Origin: Candidatus Binatia bacterium
Lineage (GTDB): Bacteria; Desulfobacterota; Binatia; HRBIN30
Direction: 5' to 3'
DNA length: 64,000 nt
NCBI GenBank assembly: GCA_038245295.1
Contig: JBBRSP010000001.1
Coordinates: forward strand, 392,632-456,631
How positions within the stretch are numbered: the stretch's first letter is position 1; each line of letters begins with the position of its first letter. The translations under genes were made by a program, and so were the position numbers. Below, piece by piece: positions 10,328-20,617 of the stretch. The notes beneath the pieces are model-generated. The model was not told where the DNA came from and searched no databases. It saw only the letters and a list, made by a program, of their open reading frames with translations.

Positions 10328-11962
10328 CTACTGAGGTTTGAGCGCGATGAAGATCGTGTTGTCGCCGCGCTTGACCAGGAAGAGCAAGCTCTTGCCCTTC
10401 GACGAGCTCTTCATCGCTTTGCGATAGGAGGCAAGATCCTTGACCGCTTCGCGATTGACCTCGACGATAACGTCGCCGCGCCGCATACCGGCGTCTTCGG
10501 CGGCGCTGCCCTGTTCGACAGCCGACACAACGACACCCTTGATGTCGCTGCTGATGCCGAGGCTCTCGGAGACGTCGGGGGTGAGCGGCTGGACGGTGAG
10601 TCCGTAATTGCTCTCCTCGGCGCCGCGTTCGGCGACGTCTTCGTCTTTGAGTTCGCCGACGCGCAGCGAGACACTCGACGTTTCCTTGTCGCGGATGAAC
10701 TTCAGGTTTGCCGTCTTGCCCACCGGCGTACGGGCGACAAGGTATGGAAGCTCGGTTGAATCCTTGACCGCATGTCCGTCAAATTCCGTGATCACGTCGC
10801 CGACCTTGATGCCGGCCTCGGCGGCCGGTCCGTCTTTGACGACGTCGGCCACCAGCGCGCCCTGGCTGTCCTTGAGGTTGAGCGACTCGGCGATCTCCGG
10901 CGTTACCTTTTGGATCAAAACGCCGAGCCAGCCACGGGTGACTTTGCCCTTCTGTTCGAGCTCGGGAAGCAGCTCTTTGGCGATATTGACTGGGATGGCG
11001 AAACCGATGCCGATGCTGCCGCCGGAGCGGCTGAAGATGGCGGTATTGATACCGACAACTTCACCCTTGAGATTGATCAGGGGACCGCCGGAGTTGCCCG
11101 GGTTGATGGCGACGTCCGTCTGAATGAACTGATCGTAGCTGCCCTGGCCGATGTAGCGGCCCTTGGCGCTGACGATACCGGCGGTGACGGTGTGCTCGAG
11201 GCCGAAGGGGTTGCCGATGGCCATCACCCATTCTCCGACGCGCAGAGACTCGGAGTTACCAAGCGGCGCCGGGATGAGGTCGGGGGCGTTGTCGATCTTG
11301 ATCACGGCGATATCCGTCTTCGGGTCGCGGCCGATGATCTTCGCCTTGTACTCTTTGTTGTTCGCTAGCTTGACCAGAATCTCGTCGGCGTCCTCAACCA
11401 CATGATTGTTGGTCAGGATATAGCCTTCCTTGTTGATGATGAAGCCGGAGCCGAGGCTACGTTGCTTGAATTGACGCTTCGGCATCGGGCCGAAGAAACG
11501 CTCGAACGGCTCAAAATACTCGTGCGGGTCGCCTTGGCCTCCGCCCTGGCCGCCGCCGAATGGATTGCGCGGGCCACCACCGCCGGGACCACCGCCGCCA
11601 GGGCCGCCACCGGGGCCGCCACCGGGGCCGCCACCCATGCCGGGACCCGACGAGTCCGAGCCGCCGTTGGAGGACGTGGAAACGTTGACCACCGCTGGGC
11701 TCAAGCGATCCGCCAGCGTGGCGAAGTCCGGCAGAGTGATCACCGCCGGCGCCGATGCCGCTGGGGCCGCGGCGGGCGCGCCAGCCGCGGCGGCCGGTGC
11801 GCCGGGTGCGCCGGGCTGGGTCGGTGCGGGTGTTCCGGATTCGCCCCAGAAGCTGATGGCGTGTGAGGGTGAAACTACGTGTAACGTGCTGGTGGCAAAG
11901 ATGCCGGCTGCGAAGCCGGTGCTGATCCACAGGACGGCACGGGCAAGCCGTGGCGTATTCAT
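10328..11962 (-). CDS. htrA: HtrA/DegP/DegQ family periplasmic serine protease with two PDZ domains
   Basis: GSGFII, TNNHVV, TDIAVIK and GNSGGPL catalytic motifs; signal peptide; two PDZ-like repeats. Confidence 0.95.
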   Translation of the reverse strand: MNTPRLARAVLWISTGFAAGIFATSTLHVVSPSHAISFWGESGTPAPTQPGAPGAPAAAAGAPAAAPAASAPAVITLPDFATLADRLSPAVVNVSTSSNGGSDSSGPGMGGGPGGGPGGGPGGGGPGGGGPRNPFGGGQGGGQGDPHEYFEPFERFFGPMPKRQFKQRSLGSGFIINKEGYILTNNHVVEDADEILVKLANNKEYKAKIIGRDPKTDIAVIKIDNAPDLIPAPLGNSESLRVGEWVMAIGNPFGLEHTVTAGIVSAKGRYIGQGSYDQFIQTDVAINPGNSGGPLINLKGEVVGINTAIFSRSGGSIGIGFAIPVNIAKELLPELEQKGKVTRGWLGVLIQKVTPEIAESLNLKDSQGALVADVVKDGPAAEAGIKVGDVITEFDGHAVKDSTELPYLVARTPVGKTANLKFIRDKETSSVSLRVGELKDEDVAERGAEESNYGLTVQPLTPDVSESLGISSDIKGVVVSAVEQGSAAEDAGMRRGDVIVEVNREAVKDLASYRKAMKSSSKGKSLLFLVKRGDNTIFIALKPQ

Positions 11963-12015
11963 GCTTCCTCCTTCAAAGGGGCGCGGGTGGTTGGCAAGTG
12001 GTTGTTTTCGATGCG

Positions 12016-12450
12016 TTAGCGTCGAGCTTGGTCAACGTAGCGCAATCGTAGGTCGTAGAGCAGCCCTTCGATCAATTCGGCCTCGGCCTTATCGAGATTG
12101 CCGCGTGTCTTCTCCTGCAGCATGCCTACGATGTCGATCATCTGCCGAGCGGCACCGAGATCGACGTTTGTTTGCTGCGAGATCGGGTCGGGAATCTCAC
12201 CGAGCAGGGACAGTGCCTGCGTACTCAGGCTGATGATGAACGTCGAGAAGTTGAGCTCCAGCGGCGGTCGGTCGGTGGCTGCCGCGGCTGGCTTCTCGCC
12301 GCGTAGCACACCTTCGTTACCCGGCGGGGCCGCTGTTTTGGTCGGCTCCGGGTCCGGTGCGTCGCTGCGCGCTGTGCCGTCGTCGGTAAAACGTCGGCGA
12401 TCTTCAACTTTGAATGACGTGGGTGCGTCGTTTTCGTCTTGTCGGCTCAT
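12016..12450 (-). CDS. DUF1844-like protein
   Basis: FSTFIISL...ARQMIDIVGMLQEKTRGNL...LYDLRLRY pattern typical of DUF1844. Confidence 0.8.
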   Translation of the reverse strand: MSRQDENDAPTSFKVEDRRRFTDDGTARSDAPDPEPTKTAAPPGNEGVLRGEKPAAAATDRPPLELNFSTFIISLSTQALSLLGEIPDPISQQTNVDLGAARQMIDIVGMLQEKTRGNLDKAEAELIEGLLYDLRLRYVDQARR

Positions 12451-12467
12451 AGTGGCTTTTGAAGTCC

Positions 12468-13328
12468 TTAGGCGTTGTGGAACGGCGAATTCAAGGCGCG
12501 CAGGCGAGCAATGCGCTCTTCCACCGGTGGGTGGGTGCTGAACAACTTGGCGAATGACTGGCCGCTCAAGGGGTTGAATATGAACATGTGGGCGGTCTGG
12601 GCCATCGCCGGCATCGGCGTGCTCTCGGCTGCCGTGTGTAACTTCTCCAGGGCGCGCGCCAGACCGTCGCCGCTGCCGGCCATCTCGGCGCCGCTGGCGT
12701 CGGCTTGAAACTCGCGCGAGCGCGAAATCGCCATCTGGATCAACATGGCGGCGATTGGTGTGAGAATGGCCACGACAATCAGGCCGATGCCGCCGCCGTT
12801 GTTGCGCTCATCGCGCGAGCCACCCCCGAAGAGCGCGCCCCACTGGGCCATACGCGCCAGCATCATGAGCACACCCGCCAGGGTGGCGGCGATGGAGCTG
12901 ATGAGGATATCCCGGTTCTTGATGTGGCTGAGCTCGTGCGCCAGTACACCTTCGAGCTCATCCTGCGACATCAGGCGCAAGATTCCTTCCGTAACCGCCA
13001 CCGCGGCGTGTGACGGATTGCGCCCGGTGGCAAAGGCGTTGGCGCCGTCGGTCGGCAGAATGTACAGGCGTGGCATCGGAATTCCAGCACGCTGCACCAA
13101 CTTTTCGACGGCTCGGCGGTATTGCGGCGCTTCGTCGGGGCCGACTTCGCGTGCCTGGTACATGGCAAGAACGATCTTGTCGGAGAACCAATAGCTGCCG
13201 AAGTTCATGACGATGGCAAAAACAAAGGCGGTGATCAGACCCTGCTGGCCACCGACAAGCTGGCCAGCCGCTAAAATCAGGCCGGTGAGTACTCCTAGCA
13301 AGAGAGTTGTCTTCAATGTGTTTGACAT
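12468..13328 (-). CDS. htpX: Zinc metalloprotease HtpX (M48)
   Basis: [21 protein letters not shown] and FSTHPP motifs with TM segments. Confidence 0.95.
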   Translation of the reverse strand: MSNTLKTTLLLGVLTGLILAAGQLVGGQQGLITAFVFAIVMNFGSYWFSDKIVLAMYQAREVGPDEAPQYRRAVEKLVQRAGIPMPRLYILPTDGANAFATGRNPSHAAVAVTEGILRLMSQDELEGVLAHELSHIKNRDILISSIAATLAGVLMMLARMAQWGALFGGGSRDERNNGGGIGLIVVAILTPIAAMLIQMAISRSREFQADASGAEMAGSGDGLARALEKLHTAAESTPMPAMAQTAHMFIFNPLSGQSFAKLFSTHPPVEERIARLRALNSPFHNA

Positions 13329-13495
13329 GTGCTCAGCTCCCGTCGGCTACCGACGACGCGCTCGTCGATCTGTTCGATTCGGCACTCAAAAGATCCTGAG
13401 AACCTTCATCGCGTTATTGCACGCCCCATCAACGTGTCAAGAAATCGGACTGCTCGCCTACCACGGTGTATATCTTCACCGAAGACCCATTCGCG

Positions 13496-13524
13496 TTGAC
13501 TGCTTCCTCCGCGGCCGGTAGTTT
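13496..13524 (+). promoter_or_regulatory. Putative sigma70-type promoter for the lytic transglycosylase
   Basis: TTGACT-17 nt-TAGTTT about 65 bp upstream of the RBS-preceded ATG at 13591. Confidence 0.45.
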
Positions 13525-13590
13525 CGTCTTGCAGGAACAAAACCAATGCTGCGAAATCAACAACGTGGCCATGGTGGGGGAGGTGAACGG

Positions 13591-14964
13591 ATGTGGCGGC
13601 GGTGTCTTCTCGGTCGAGTTGTCCTGGTCCTCGGATTAGTCATCCTGGCCGTGCCGACCTTCGCGTCGCGCCCGACCCCTGAATTCGAATACCCGGCGGC
13701 TCTAAAAATACAAGTCGAATTCTGGAAGCAGATCTTCGCAGTCTACTCGTCGAAACAGATCGTCATTCACGATGTCCTCCATCTTGATTGGGTCTATTCC
13801 GTCGTCGATCTGACCGACGTGGCCGATACGTTCGAATCGAACGCCGACCTTTCTCGCTACGCCGACGACCGGATCAAGCAGGAGAAATCGCGCATCCAGG
13901 CCATGCTGCGGCGGCTGCACGAGATGGGCAGCGAGCCGCACGAGTTGACCGGCGAAGAGAAGAAGCTGCGCACGATGTTGTCCGACGACCATGATCCGCT
14001 GCACTATCTCAATGCCGCCGCCGACGATCGCATCCGCGGCCAGCGCGGCCTGAAGGAAAAGTTCAGCCGCGGTATCGTCATTTCGCGCCGCTACCTACCT
14101 GAGATGGAGGCGATCTTTCGTTCCGAGGGTGTACCGGTTGGACTGACGCGTCTGCCGCTGGTCGAATCCTGCTTCAACGTTCAAGCCTACTCCAAGGTCG
14201 GTGCCGCCGGCATGTGGCAGTTCATGCCGAGCACCGGGCGCCTTTATCTGCGCATCAATGACCAGGTCGACGAACGCCGCGATCCGATCGCCGCAACCCA
14301 TGCCGCCGCACGCCTGTTGCGTGGCAACTATGACGCCCTCGGCACGTGGCCGCTGGCGATCACCGCCTACAACCACGGTCGGGCCGGCATGGCGCGCGCC
14401 GTCGATCGGGTTGGGACGACCGACATTGCCGAGATCATTCGCGAGTACGACGGCCCCGCTTTCAAGTTCGCCTCACGCAACTTCTACCCTGAGTTTCTTG
14501 CGGCGCTCGAAGTCGAGCACGAGCCCGAGCGTTACTTCGGGAGGCTCGACTATGAGCCGCCCATGCGCACCGAGAAGGTCAAGGTGCCGGATCCGGTTTC
14601 GATCGGCGTGCTGGCGCAGGCCTGCGGCACCAGTGTTTCGACGCTCGCCGAGCTCAATCCGGCACTGACGCCGGATGTGGCAGCGGGCCGGCGCCTCGTG
14701 CCAAAAGGTCACGCCCTGTGTGTGCCGGAGGGCGCCAATCACGGCTTCGAGGCGCGCTACGCGGCGCTCAAACCGCGCCTTCAGGCCAAGGGCCACGGCG
14801 GCAAAGCGACCGCGAAGACCGTCCATAAGGTGCGCGCCGGCCAGACGTTAGTGTCGATCGCGCACCAATACCGCACCAGCGTCAGTGCCATTCAACGTCA
14901 CAATGGACTGCGAACCGGCGCACCGTTGAAAAGCGGCCAACAACTGACGATTCCGAAGGGCTGA
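13591..14964 (+). CDS. MltD-like lytic transglycosylase with LysM domains
   Basis: SLT motifs VES, GAAGMWQFM and AYNHG; C-terminal LysM (HKVRAGQTLVSIA); start set at GGAGG-preceded ATG 13591. Confidence 0.9.
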   Translation: MWRRCLLGRVVLVLGLVILAVPTFASRPTPEFEYPAALKIQVEFWKQIFAVYSSKQIVIHDVLHLDWVYSVVDLTDVADTFESNADLSRYADDRIKQEKSRIQAMLRRLHEMGSEPHELTGEEKKLRTMLSDDHDPLHYLNAAADDRIRGQRGLKEKFSRGIVISRRYLPEMEAIFRSEGVPVGLTRLPLVESCFNVQAYSKVGAAGMWQFMPSTGRLYLRINDQVDERRDPIAATHAAARLLRGNYDALGTWPLAITAYNHGRAGMARAVDRVGTTDIAEIIREYDGPAFKFASRNFYPEFLAALEVEHEPERYFGRLDYEPPMRTEKVKVPDPVSIGVLAQACGTSVSTLAELNPALTPDVAAGRRLVPKGHALCVPEGANHGFEARYAALKPRLQAKGHGGKATAKTVHKVRAGQTLVSIAHQYRTSVSAIQRHNGLRTGAPLKSGQQLTIPKG

Positions 14965-15035
14965 AGGGGCAGGGTGCCACGCTCTTGAGGCAACGCCCCT
15001 TAACCTAACACCTCAGTCCCCGAACACCCTGCTCC

Positions 15036-16808
15036 ATGCGCGAACGCCGGGTCCCTCTCTTGCCCCAGATCGGGGCTTCCGTGGCGATCTTGCTGGCGTT
15101 GGCCTGGGTGTATTCGCAGGTGCGGACCTTCGGGCTCGTCAATCTCGACGACTCTGCCTACGTCACCGACAACCCCGCTGTGCGGGCCGGCCTGAGCTGG
15201 GATGGCGTACTCTGGGCGTTCACGCACCTTCATGCTGCGTATTACATACCGCTCACATGGATCTCGCTCATGTTCGATGTGTCGTTCTACGGCAACGTTG
15301 GTGGCATGCACGTCAGCAACGTCGTCTTGCACGCGTTCAGCAGCATCACCCTCGGCTGCCTCCTGGTAGCTGCTACTGGCGATACCTGGCGATCGTGGTG
15401 GGTCGCCGCCATCTTTGCCGTCCATCCTTGCCAAGTGGAGTCGGTCGCGTGGATCACCGAACGCAAGGATGTCCTCAGCACGGCATTGGCACTCCCAGCC
15501 CTCGGCGCATACGGCCTGTACGCCGTGTCTATCCGTCGCCAACCGTCGGCCGGACGCCGTGTTCTATGGATGGGCGCGGCGCTCCTATTTTATGCTCTGA
15601 GCTTGCTGGCCAAACCGCTGTGGGTGCCTATGCCGCTGATGTTGCTGGTCCTCGACCAGTGGCCGCTGCAGCGATTCGCATCGATGCGTTGGTTCGATCT
15701 CCTTGTCGAGAAAAGCGGATTCGTCGCCTTGGCACTGCTTGGCGCGGCGTCGACGATATCGGCGCAATCGACGGGTGGTGCTATCGCACCGCTCGCCGAT
15801 TGGCCGCTGTGGTTTCGGCTGATCTCAGTGCCGTGGTCGTTTGCGGTCTATCTGGCGACATTGTTCTGGCCAATCCACCTTGCCGCTTTTTATCCGTTGC
15901 CCGACGCGCCCAGTCCCTGGCTCGGCCTGATCGGCGTGCTCGTGATTCTTGCGATCTCGCTGTCGACGTTTGTGGCGCGCCATCACTGGCCCGAGGGCTG
16001 GGTCGGCTGGTTGTGGTTCGTCGTACTGCTTCTGCCGGTGTCGGGGATTGCCCAGGCCGGTGACCAGGTGCGTGCCGATCGTTTCACCTATGTGCCCATG
16101 ATCGGTGTTGCCGTGGCAGCGGCGGGCGCGACCCGTTTGCTGTCGGGGCAGATCTTGCAACGTGGCTGCGCCGTGCTCGGGGTGTTGCTGATCGCGGCGG
16201 CGACAGGGCTGGCGACCTCGCAAGCGGCGTATTGGCGCAATGGCACGAGCCTGTTCGAGCACGCCGTCGCCGTGACACGTGACAATTGGAAGGCGGAGTT
16301 TCTGCTCGGTGATGCGTACCGCGAGGCGGGGCGAGCGCCGCAGGCGGAGGCCGCCTATGTGCGTGGCTTGGCGCTGCGGCCGCGCGACGGCATTGCCAAC
16401 CTGAACCTCGGTAACCTGCGCCTGACAAGCGGTAGATCAGCCGAGGCGATGGCGCCCTTGCTGCTGGCGCTCGAGGCGCTGCCGCAGATCGCTGATACCC
16501 ACAACTCGGTGGGCGGGGCGCTGGTCGAGCAGCGGCGCTACGCCGAGGCCATTGTCGAGCTCGAGCGCGCTCTGCGCATCGATCCGCAGCTGATCAACGC
16601 GCAGTTCAATCTCGGCGACGCCCTGTTTGCCGCCGGCCGCTTCGACGAAGCACTCGTGTATTTCCGTCGAGCCCTGCAGCAGCGCCCCGACATTGCCGAG
16701 CTGCACCGGCGCGTCGCGGCGACGCTGGAGCGCCTGGGTCACACGGCCGAGGCGCATGCGGAGTACCAGCAGGCCGAGCGGCTGGACCCGGCCAAAGCCG
16801 GCGGTTGA
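15036..16808 (+). CDS. TMTC-like GT-C membrane protein with TPR repeats (putative protein O-glycosyltransferase)
   Basis: LDD motif after first TM, HPCQVESVAWITERKD, ADRFTYVP, many TMs, C-terminal TPRs. Confidence 0.8.
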   Translation: MRERRVPLLPQIGASVAILLALAWVYSQVRTFGLVNLDDSAYVTDNPAVRAGLSWDGVLWAFTHLHAAYYIPLTWISLMFDVSFYGNVGGMHVSNVVLHAFSSITLGCLLVAATGDTWRSWWVAAIFAVHPCQVESVAWITERKDVLSTALALPALGAYGLYAVSIRRQPSAGRRVLWMGAALLFYALSLLAKPLWVPMPLMLLVLDQWPLQRFASMRWFDLLVEKSGFVALALLGAASTISAQSTGGAIAPLADWPLWFRLISVPWSFAVYLATLFWPIHLAAFYPLPDAPSPWLGLIGVLVILAISLSTFVARHHWPEGWVGWLWFVVLLLPVSGIAQAGDQVRADRFTYVPMIGVAVAAAGATRLLSGQILQRGCAVLGVLLIAAATGLATSQAAYWRNGTSLFEHAVAVTRDNWKAEFLLGDAYREAGRAPQAEAAYVRGLALRPRDGIANLNLGNLRLTSGRSAEAMAPLLLALEALPQIADTHNSVGGALVEQRRYAEAIVELERALRIDPQLINAQFNLGDALFAAGRFDEALVYFRRALQQRPDIAELHRRVAATLERLGHTAEAHAEYQQAERLDPAKAGG

Positions 16809-16916
16809 GAGACGGAGCCGCGCAGTCGGAGCAGCGGCCGTTGGGGCGGTGATTCGGATGACTCGTGAGAACGCGCTATTTCGTATCGCCGCAACTTGCT
16901 ACGACGGACAGACTGT

Positions 16917-18290
16917 ATGGCGCCAAGAGAAGTCCCGATTCGCACGAAGTTGCTTTATGCCACCGGGGAGATCACCTCCGGGGCGAAGAACGCCGTTCTC
17001 AATCAGTTCCTGCTGTTCTTCTACACCGACGTCATCCATCTGGCGCCATTGCTGGTCGGCGCAGCGATTGCGCTGGCGAAGTGCTGGGACGCGATCACCG
17101 ACCCGGTGCTGGGGTACCTCTCCGATACGACACGTTCGCGTTGGGGCCGGCGGCGGCCTTACATCGTCGCCGCCGCCATTCCCCTCGGTATCCTTTTCGC
17201 GTTGCTGTTCTCGCCCCCGGTGCGCAGCCCGTCGGTGACCTTCCTCTATCTGCTCGGCATCTACGCTCTGCTCAATACGGCGTTCACTGTGTTCCTGGCG
17301 CCGTATCATGCCTGGGGAGCGCAGTTGGTCTCCGACTATCACGAGCGCACGACGCTGGTGCAGATTCGTTTTCTATTCGGCCTCGTCGGCGCGATCATCG
17401 GCACGGCTGTGCCGGTGTGGCTCGCTTCGCAATACGGCGGCGACGTGCGCCAGGGCTATCACGCCGTCGGCATCGGGATCGGCATGCTGCTGACCGTGGC
17501 GGCGTTGGTGCCGGGGTTGACCGTTCGCGAGACGGTGCGTGCGGAGATCGCCGACGCCAGTTTCTCACACTTTCTTCAGGGCCTGCGGCGCACGGTGGCG
17601 AATCGCGACTTTCGTGTCGTCTTCATTACGTTCTGCATGCTGACCGTTGCCGGCGCATTGGGCGAGGCCGTGCGCGTCCATGTCGTCAAGCACTGGCTCA
17701 AGATGGAAGACTTCTATCCGATGATCGGGCTGACGTTTGCTCTGGCATTTACAGCTTCGTTCCCCCTGTGGTTCGGCTTGTCGAAGCGATTCGGCAAACG
17801 TCAGACGATGCTCGGCGGGCTCGTCCTCGGATGGTTCGTGCCGCTCGGCTGGTTGCTCGTCCAACCAGGCCAGCGCGGCGCGATGCTGGTGTTCATGGTG
17901 GCGGCCGGCTTGGCTTCGGGGGTGGTGACGTTGATCACCTCGAGTGCCATCGATGTCATCGACTTCGACGAATACGAAACCGGCGAACGCCGCGAAGGGG
18001 CGTTCTTCGGCGTCTGGACCTTTGGCCTCAAGCTCAGCAGTGCCTGCGGCATCATGCTCAGCGGTGCCTTCTTGTGGTTGCTCGGCTACTCGGTCGAACG
18101 CGCCGACGATCCGAACGTCATGTGGTGGCTGCTGATGCTCGTCGGCCCCCTGCAGGTGCTGGTCAACATCATCGGCTTTGTCCTCTTCCGCAGTTTTCGC
18201 TTCGAGCAGGCGCACGTCGAGGGTATCCAGGCGGTCCTGGCCGAGCGGCGTAACGCCCGCTTGGAGCCGAGTCGCGCCACGGCGGGATGA
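16917..18290 (+). CDS. MFS transporter, GPH (glycoside-pentoside-hexuronide) family
   Basis: WDAITDPVLGYLSDTTRSRWGRRRPY and DVIDFDEYETGERREG motifs; about 12 TMs. Confidence 0.9.
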   Translation: MAPREVPIRTKLLYATGEITSGAKNAVLNQFLLFFYTDVIHLAPLLVGAAIALAKCWDAITDPVLGYLSDTTRSRWGRRRPYIVAAAIPLGILFALLFSPPVRSPSVTFLYLLGIYALLNTAFTVFLAPYHAWGAQLVSDYHERTTLVQIRFLFGLVGAIIGTAVPVWLASQYGGDVRQGYHAVGIGIGMLLTVAALVPGLTVRETVRAEIADASFSHFLQGLRRTVANRDFRVVFITFCMLTVAGALGEAVRVHVVKHWLKMEDFYPMIGLTFALAFTASFPLWFGLSKRFGKRQTMLGGLVLGWFVPLGWLLVQPGQRGAMLVFMVAAGLASGVVTLITSSAIDVIDFDEYETGERREGAFFGVWTFGLKLSSACGIMLSGAFLWLLGYSVERADDPNVMWWLLMLVGPLQVLVNIIGFVLFRSFRFEQAHVEGIQAVLAERRNARLEPSRATAG

Positions 18291-18405
18291 CTTGGGTCTC
18301 GCGGCACTTCTGTAGTTGACGATCGGCCTCGCAGCGCGGTAGGGGGAAGCAAAACTGCCGCTCCCGACCGCCCGTGGCCGGAACCAACTCAGACCATCCA
18401 GCCCT

Positions 18406-18496
18406 ACCTCCGTCATTCCGGCGGAAGCCGGGATCTCCTCGAGTGGAAGGCCAAAAATGCTGGGGAGATACCGGCTTTCGCCGGTATGACGGAGGT
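18406..18496. repeat. REP-like 33-bp inverted repeat pair
   Basis: ACCTCCGTCATTCCGGCGGAAGCCGGGATCTCC (18406-18438) vs reverse complement of 18464-18496; 30/33 match. Confidence 0.85.
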
Positions 18497-18622
18497 GTTT
18501 GGGCAGCTTCAAACGATGAATCAGAGAAAATCGACAGTCTCTTTCGCCGGTTTGACGGAAAGGTGTGCTCGGTTTCGAATTTGGTTTCCGAGTAAATCGC
18601 CAGTCTCTTTCGTCGGGATGAC
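18462..18622. repeat. Degenerate 66-bp tandem repeat
   Basis: CTTTCGYCGGNWTGAC starts at 18475, 18541 and 18607; 29-mers at 18528 and 18594 match 25/29. Confidence 0.7.
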
Positions 18623-18905
18623 AGGTCAGGGCGACAAAGTCCGGCACCAAGAAAATCTTCGCGCACCGACAAGATTTGGAACGTTTGTTACGCAGATGAA
18701 CGCGGACCGAACCGGAACACGGGGGAAAACCCAAAACCCCAGCTTTCAAAAGACGGCCCCGCGCACGGTCGCGCAACCGACTACGTTCGATCACCTTGCC
18801 GGTCAGCCGCGCTGGCGCGTTCCACTCTCTGAGTGATACATACTCCAAGGGCCACTGAGCCGGTTCCATCGTGACCTGAATCAATCGCGGTGATAGAGCC
18901 CCCTG

Positions 18906-20018
18906 ATGCCAGCCGAACTTCCCGGTGCCGCACGGCAGACCGATCTTGCCATGGCCCGCGCGCTGACGCCGACCGGTGTTGAATTGCCGCGACTGCGGCT
19001 GACCAATCTGCCAACGCGGGTGCATCGTTTGCCGACGATCAGTGGCGAGGTTGGTGCCGATGTTTGGATCAAGCGCGACGACGAAACGGCGACCCTCTAT
19101 GGCGGCAACAAGCCGCGCAAGCTCGAGTTCGTGCTCGCCGACGCCCTGCGCCAGAAGAAGAAGGCCGTCATTACCTTCGGCGGCATCGGCACGCATCACG
19201 GACTTGCCACAGCGATCTTCGCTCGTTCTCTCGGCTTGCGGTGCATCCTGGTCATGCTCGATCAGCCGGTCACCGAAGGCGTGCGCCGGTCGTTGTTACG
19301 CGACGCCGCCGCCGGCGCCGAGATGTATTTTGCCGGCGGTGTATTGCCCATCGTCCTGCGCTCGCTGCGCCTTTGCGCCGAAGAGTGGCGGCACGGCAAC
19401 GGCTTTCCCTACATCATCCCGACCGGCGGCACGTCACCGCTCGGCGCGCTCGGCTACGTCAACGCGGCGTTCGAGCTCAAGGCGCAGATCGACGCCGGCG
19501 AGTTGCCGGAGCCGGCGGCGATCTTCTTACCCGTCGGCAGCGGTGGCACGATGTCGGGGCTGGTCGCCGGCGCAAAGCTCGCTGGCCTGAAGTCGAAGAT
19601 CATCGGCGTCGTCGTGACCGACATCTTACCGCCCGGAGGCATGCGTCTGGCGGGGCAGGCGCGCCGAGCCCTGGCCGTCCTTCGGCGTCACTTTGCGCTG
19701 CCGCCTGCCACCGTACGCCCGGCAGACTTCACCACCGTCGGTGGCTACGTGGGGGCGGCCTACGGTGCACCGACGCCGGCCGCCCTGGCGGCACGTGAAC
19801 GTGCTCTTGCCGGTGAAGGCTTGAGCCTCGACACGACGTATACCGCCAAGTGCATGGCGGCGATGTTCGATGCCCTGGCCGCGTCCGAGTATCGTAATCG
19901 GCCGGTGCTGTTCTGGAACACCTACAGCAGCGTCGATCCGGATACACACCTCGGGCTGCTGCCGGACTTTCATACACTGCCGCCGGCGTTTCATCGGTTC
20001 TTCGAGGGTTCGCCTTGA
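18906..20018 (+). CDS. PLP-dependent D-cysteine desulfhydrase / ACC deaminase family protein
   Basis: WIKRDD...GGNKPRKLEF, GSGGT and LDTTYTAK; start could be 18951. Confidence 0.88.
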   Translation: MPAELPGAARQTDLAMARALTPTGVELPRLRLTNLPTRVHRLPTISGEVGADVWIKRDDETATLYGGNKPRKLEFVLADALRQKKKAVITFGGIGTHHGLATAIFARSLGLRCILVMLDQPVTEGVRRSLLRDAAAGAEMYFAGGVLPIVLRSLRLCAEEWRHGNGFPYIIPTGGTSPLGALGYVNAAFELKAQIDAGELPEPAAIFLPVGSGGTMSGLVAGAKLAGLKSKIIGVVVTDILPPGGMRLAGQARRALAVLRRHFALPPATVRPADFTTVGGYVGAAYGAPTPAALAARERALAGEGLSLDTTYTAKCMAAMFDALAASEYRNRPVLFWNTYSSVDPDTHLGLLPDFHTLPPAFHRFFEGSP

Positions 20019-20089
20019 GGGGCGCGCGAGTTTCGCAGCTCTTCACCGCCCGTTGCAATGCCACACTAGACTCGATACCTGCGAGCCCG

Positions 20090-20617
20090 ATGACTGGTCT
20101 CTCGCGACGATCCTTTCTCCGTCTAAGCGCTGGTATGGTTGCCCTGGCGCGTCTGCGGCCGGTCTTGGCCGCCGTGGAGCCAGCCGTGGGGCTGCAAGTG
20201 TTGAGCACCGGCGACGCAGCGATCTTCACGGCCATCGCGTCGCGTATGGTCGACTCCGGCGGGGCCGGCTTTCCCAAGGTGAGTGAGACGCAGACGATCC
20301 ACGTGATCGATCAGACCCTGCTGGTCATCGACCCGTCGCTACAGTCGCAGGTGCGCTGGCTGTTGAAGATCGTGCAGTATTGCCCGCCGGTCGTCATTCG
20401 CCGGCTGTCGACGTTTACCAGCCTGAGTGATGCCGAGCAGGATGACGTGCTGCGCGCCTGGTCGCGCAGCAACTACGAGATTGGCCGCCTTGGTTTCCGG
20501 GCCCTCAAGAACCTGTCGATGCTCGGATACTACTCGCAAGACGTCGTGTGGCCTTTTATCCATTACCGCGGCCCATGGGCGCCGCGGGCGCGGAAGGCGG
20601 CGCGACTCGCACCATGA
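20090..20617 (+). CDS. Tat-signal small partner subunit (gluconate 2-dehydrogenase subunit 3-like)
   Basis: LSRRSFL twin-arginine motif; C-terminal GYYS...WPFIHYRGP; stop overlaps GMC start (ATGA). Confidence 0.7.
   Translation: MTGLSRRSFLRLSAGMVALARLRPVLAAVEPAVGLQVLSTGDAAIFTAIASRMVDSGGAGFPKVSETQTIHVIDQTLLVIDPSLQSQVRWLLKIVQYCPPVVIRRLSTFTSLSDAEQDDVLRAWSRSNYEIGRLGFRALKNLSMLGYYSQDVVWPFIHYRGPWAPRARKAARLAP

Noticed and set aside
13379..13440. CIRCE/HrcA operator upstream of htpX
   Set aside because: Only one half-site (GGCACTC) resembles the consensus
18462..18622. Mini CRISPR array (29+37 bp period)
   Set aside because: Only 2-3 degenerate repeats, spacers resemble each other, core derives from the adjacent REP arm, no cas genes
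17565..19199. 544-aa minus-strand ORF and similar long antisense ORFs
   Set aside because: Shadow frames of real genes in GC-rich DNA with no recognisable motifs
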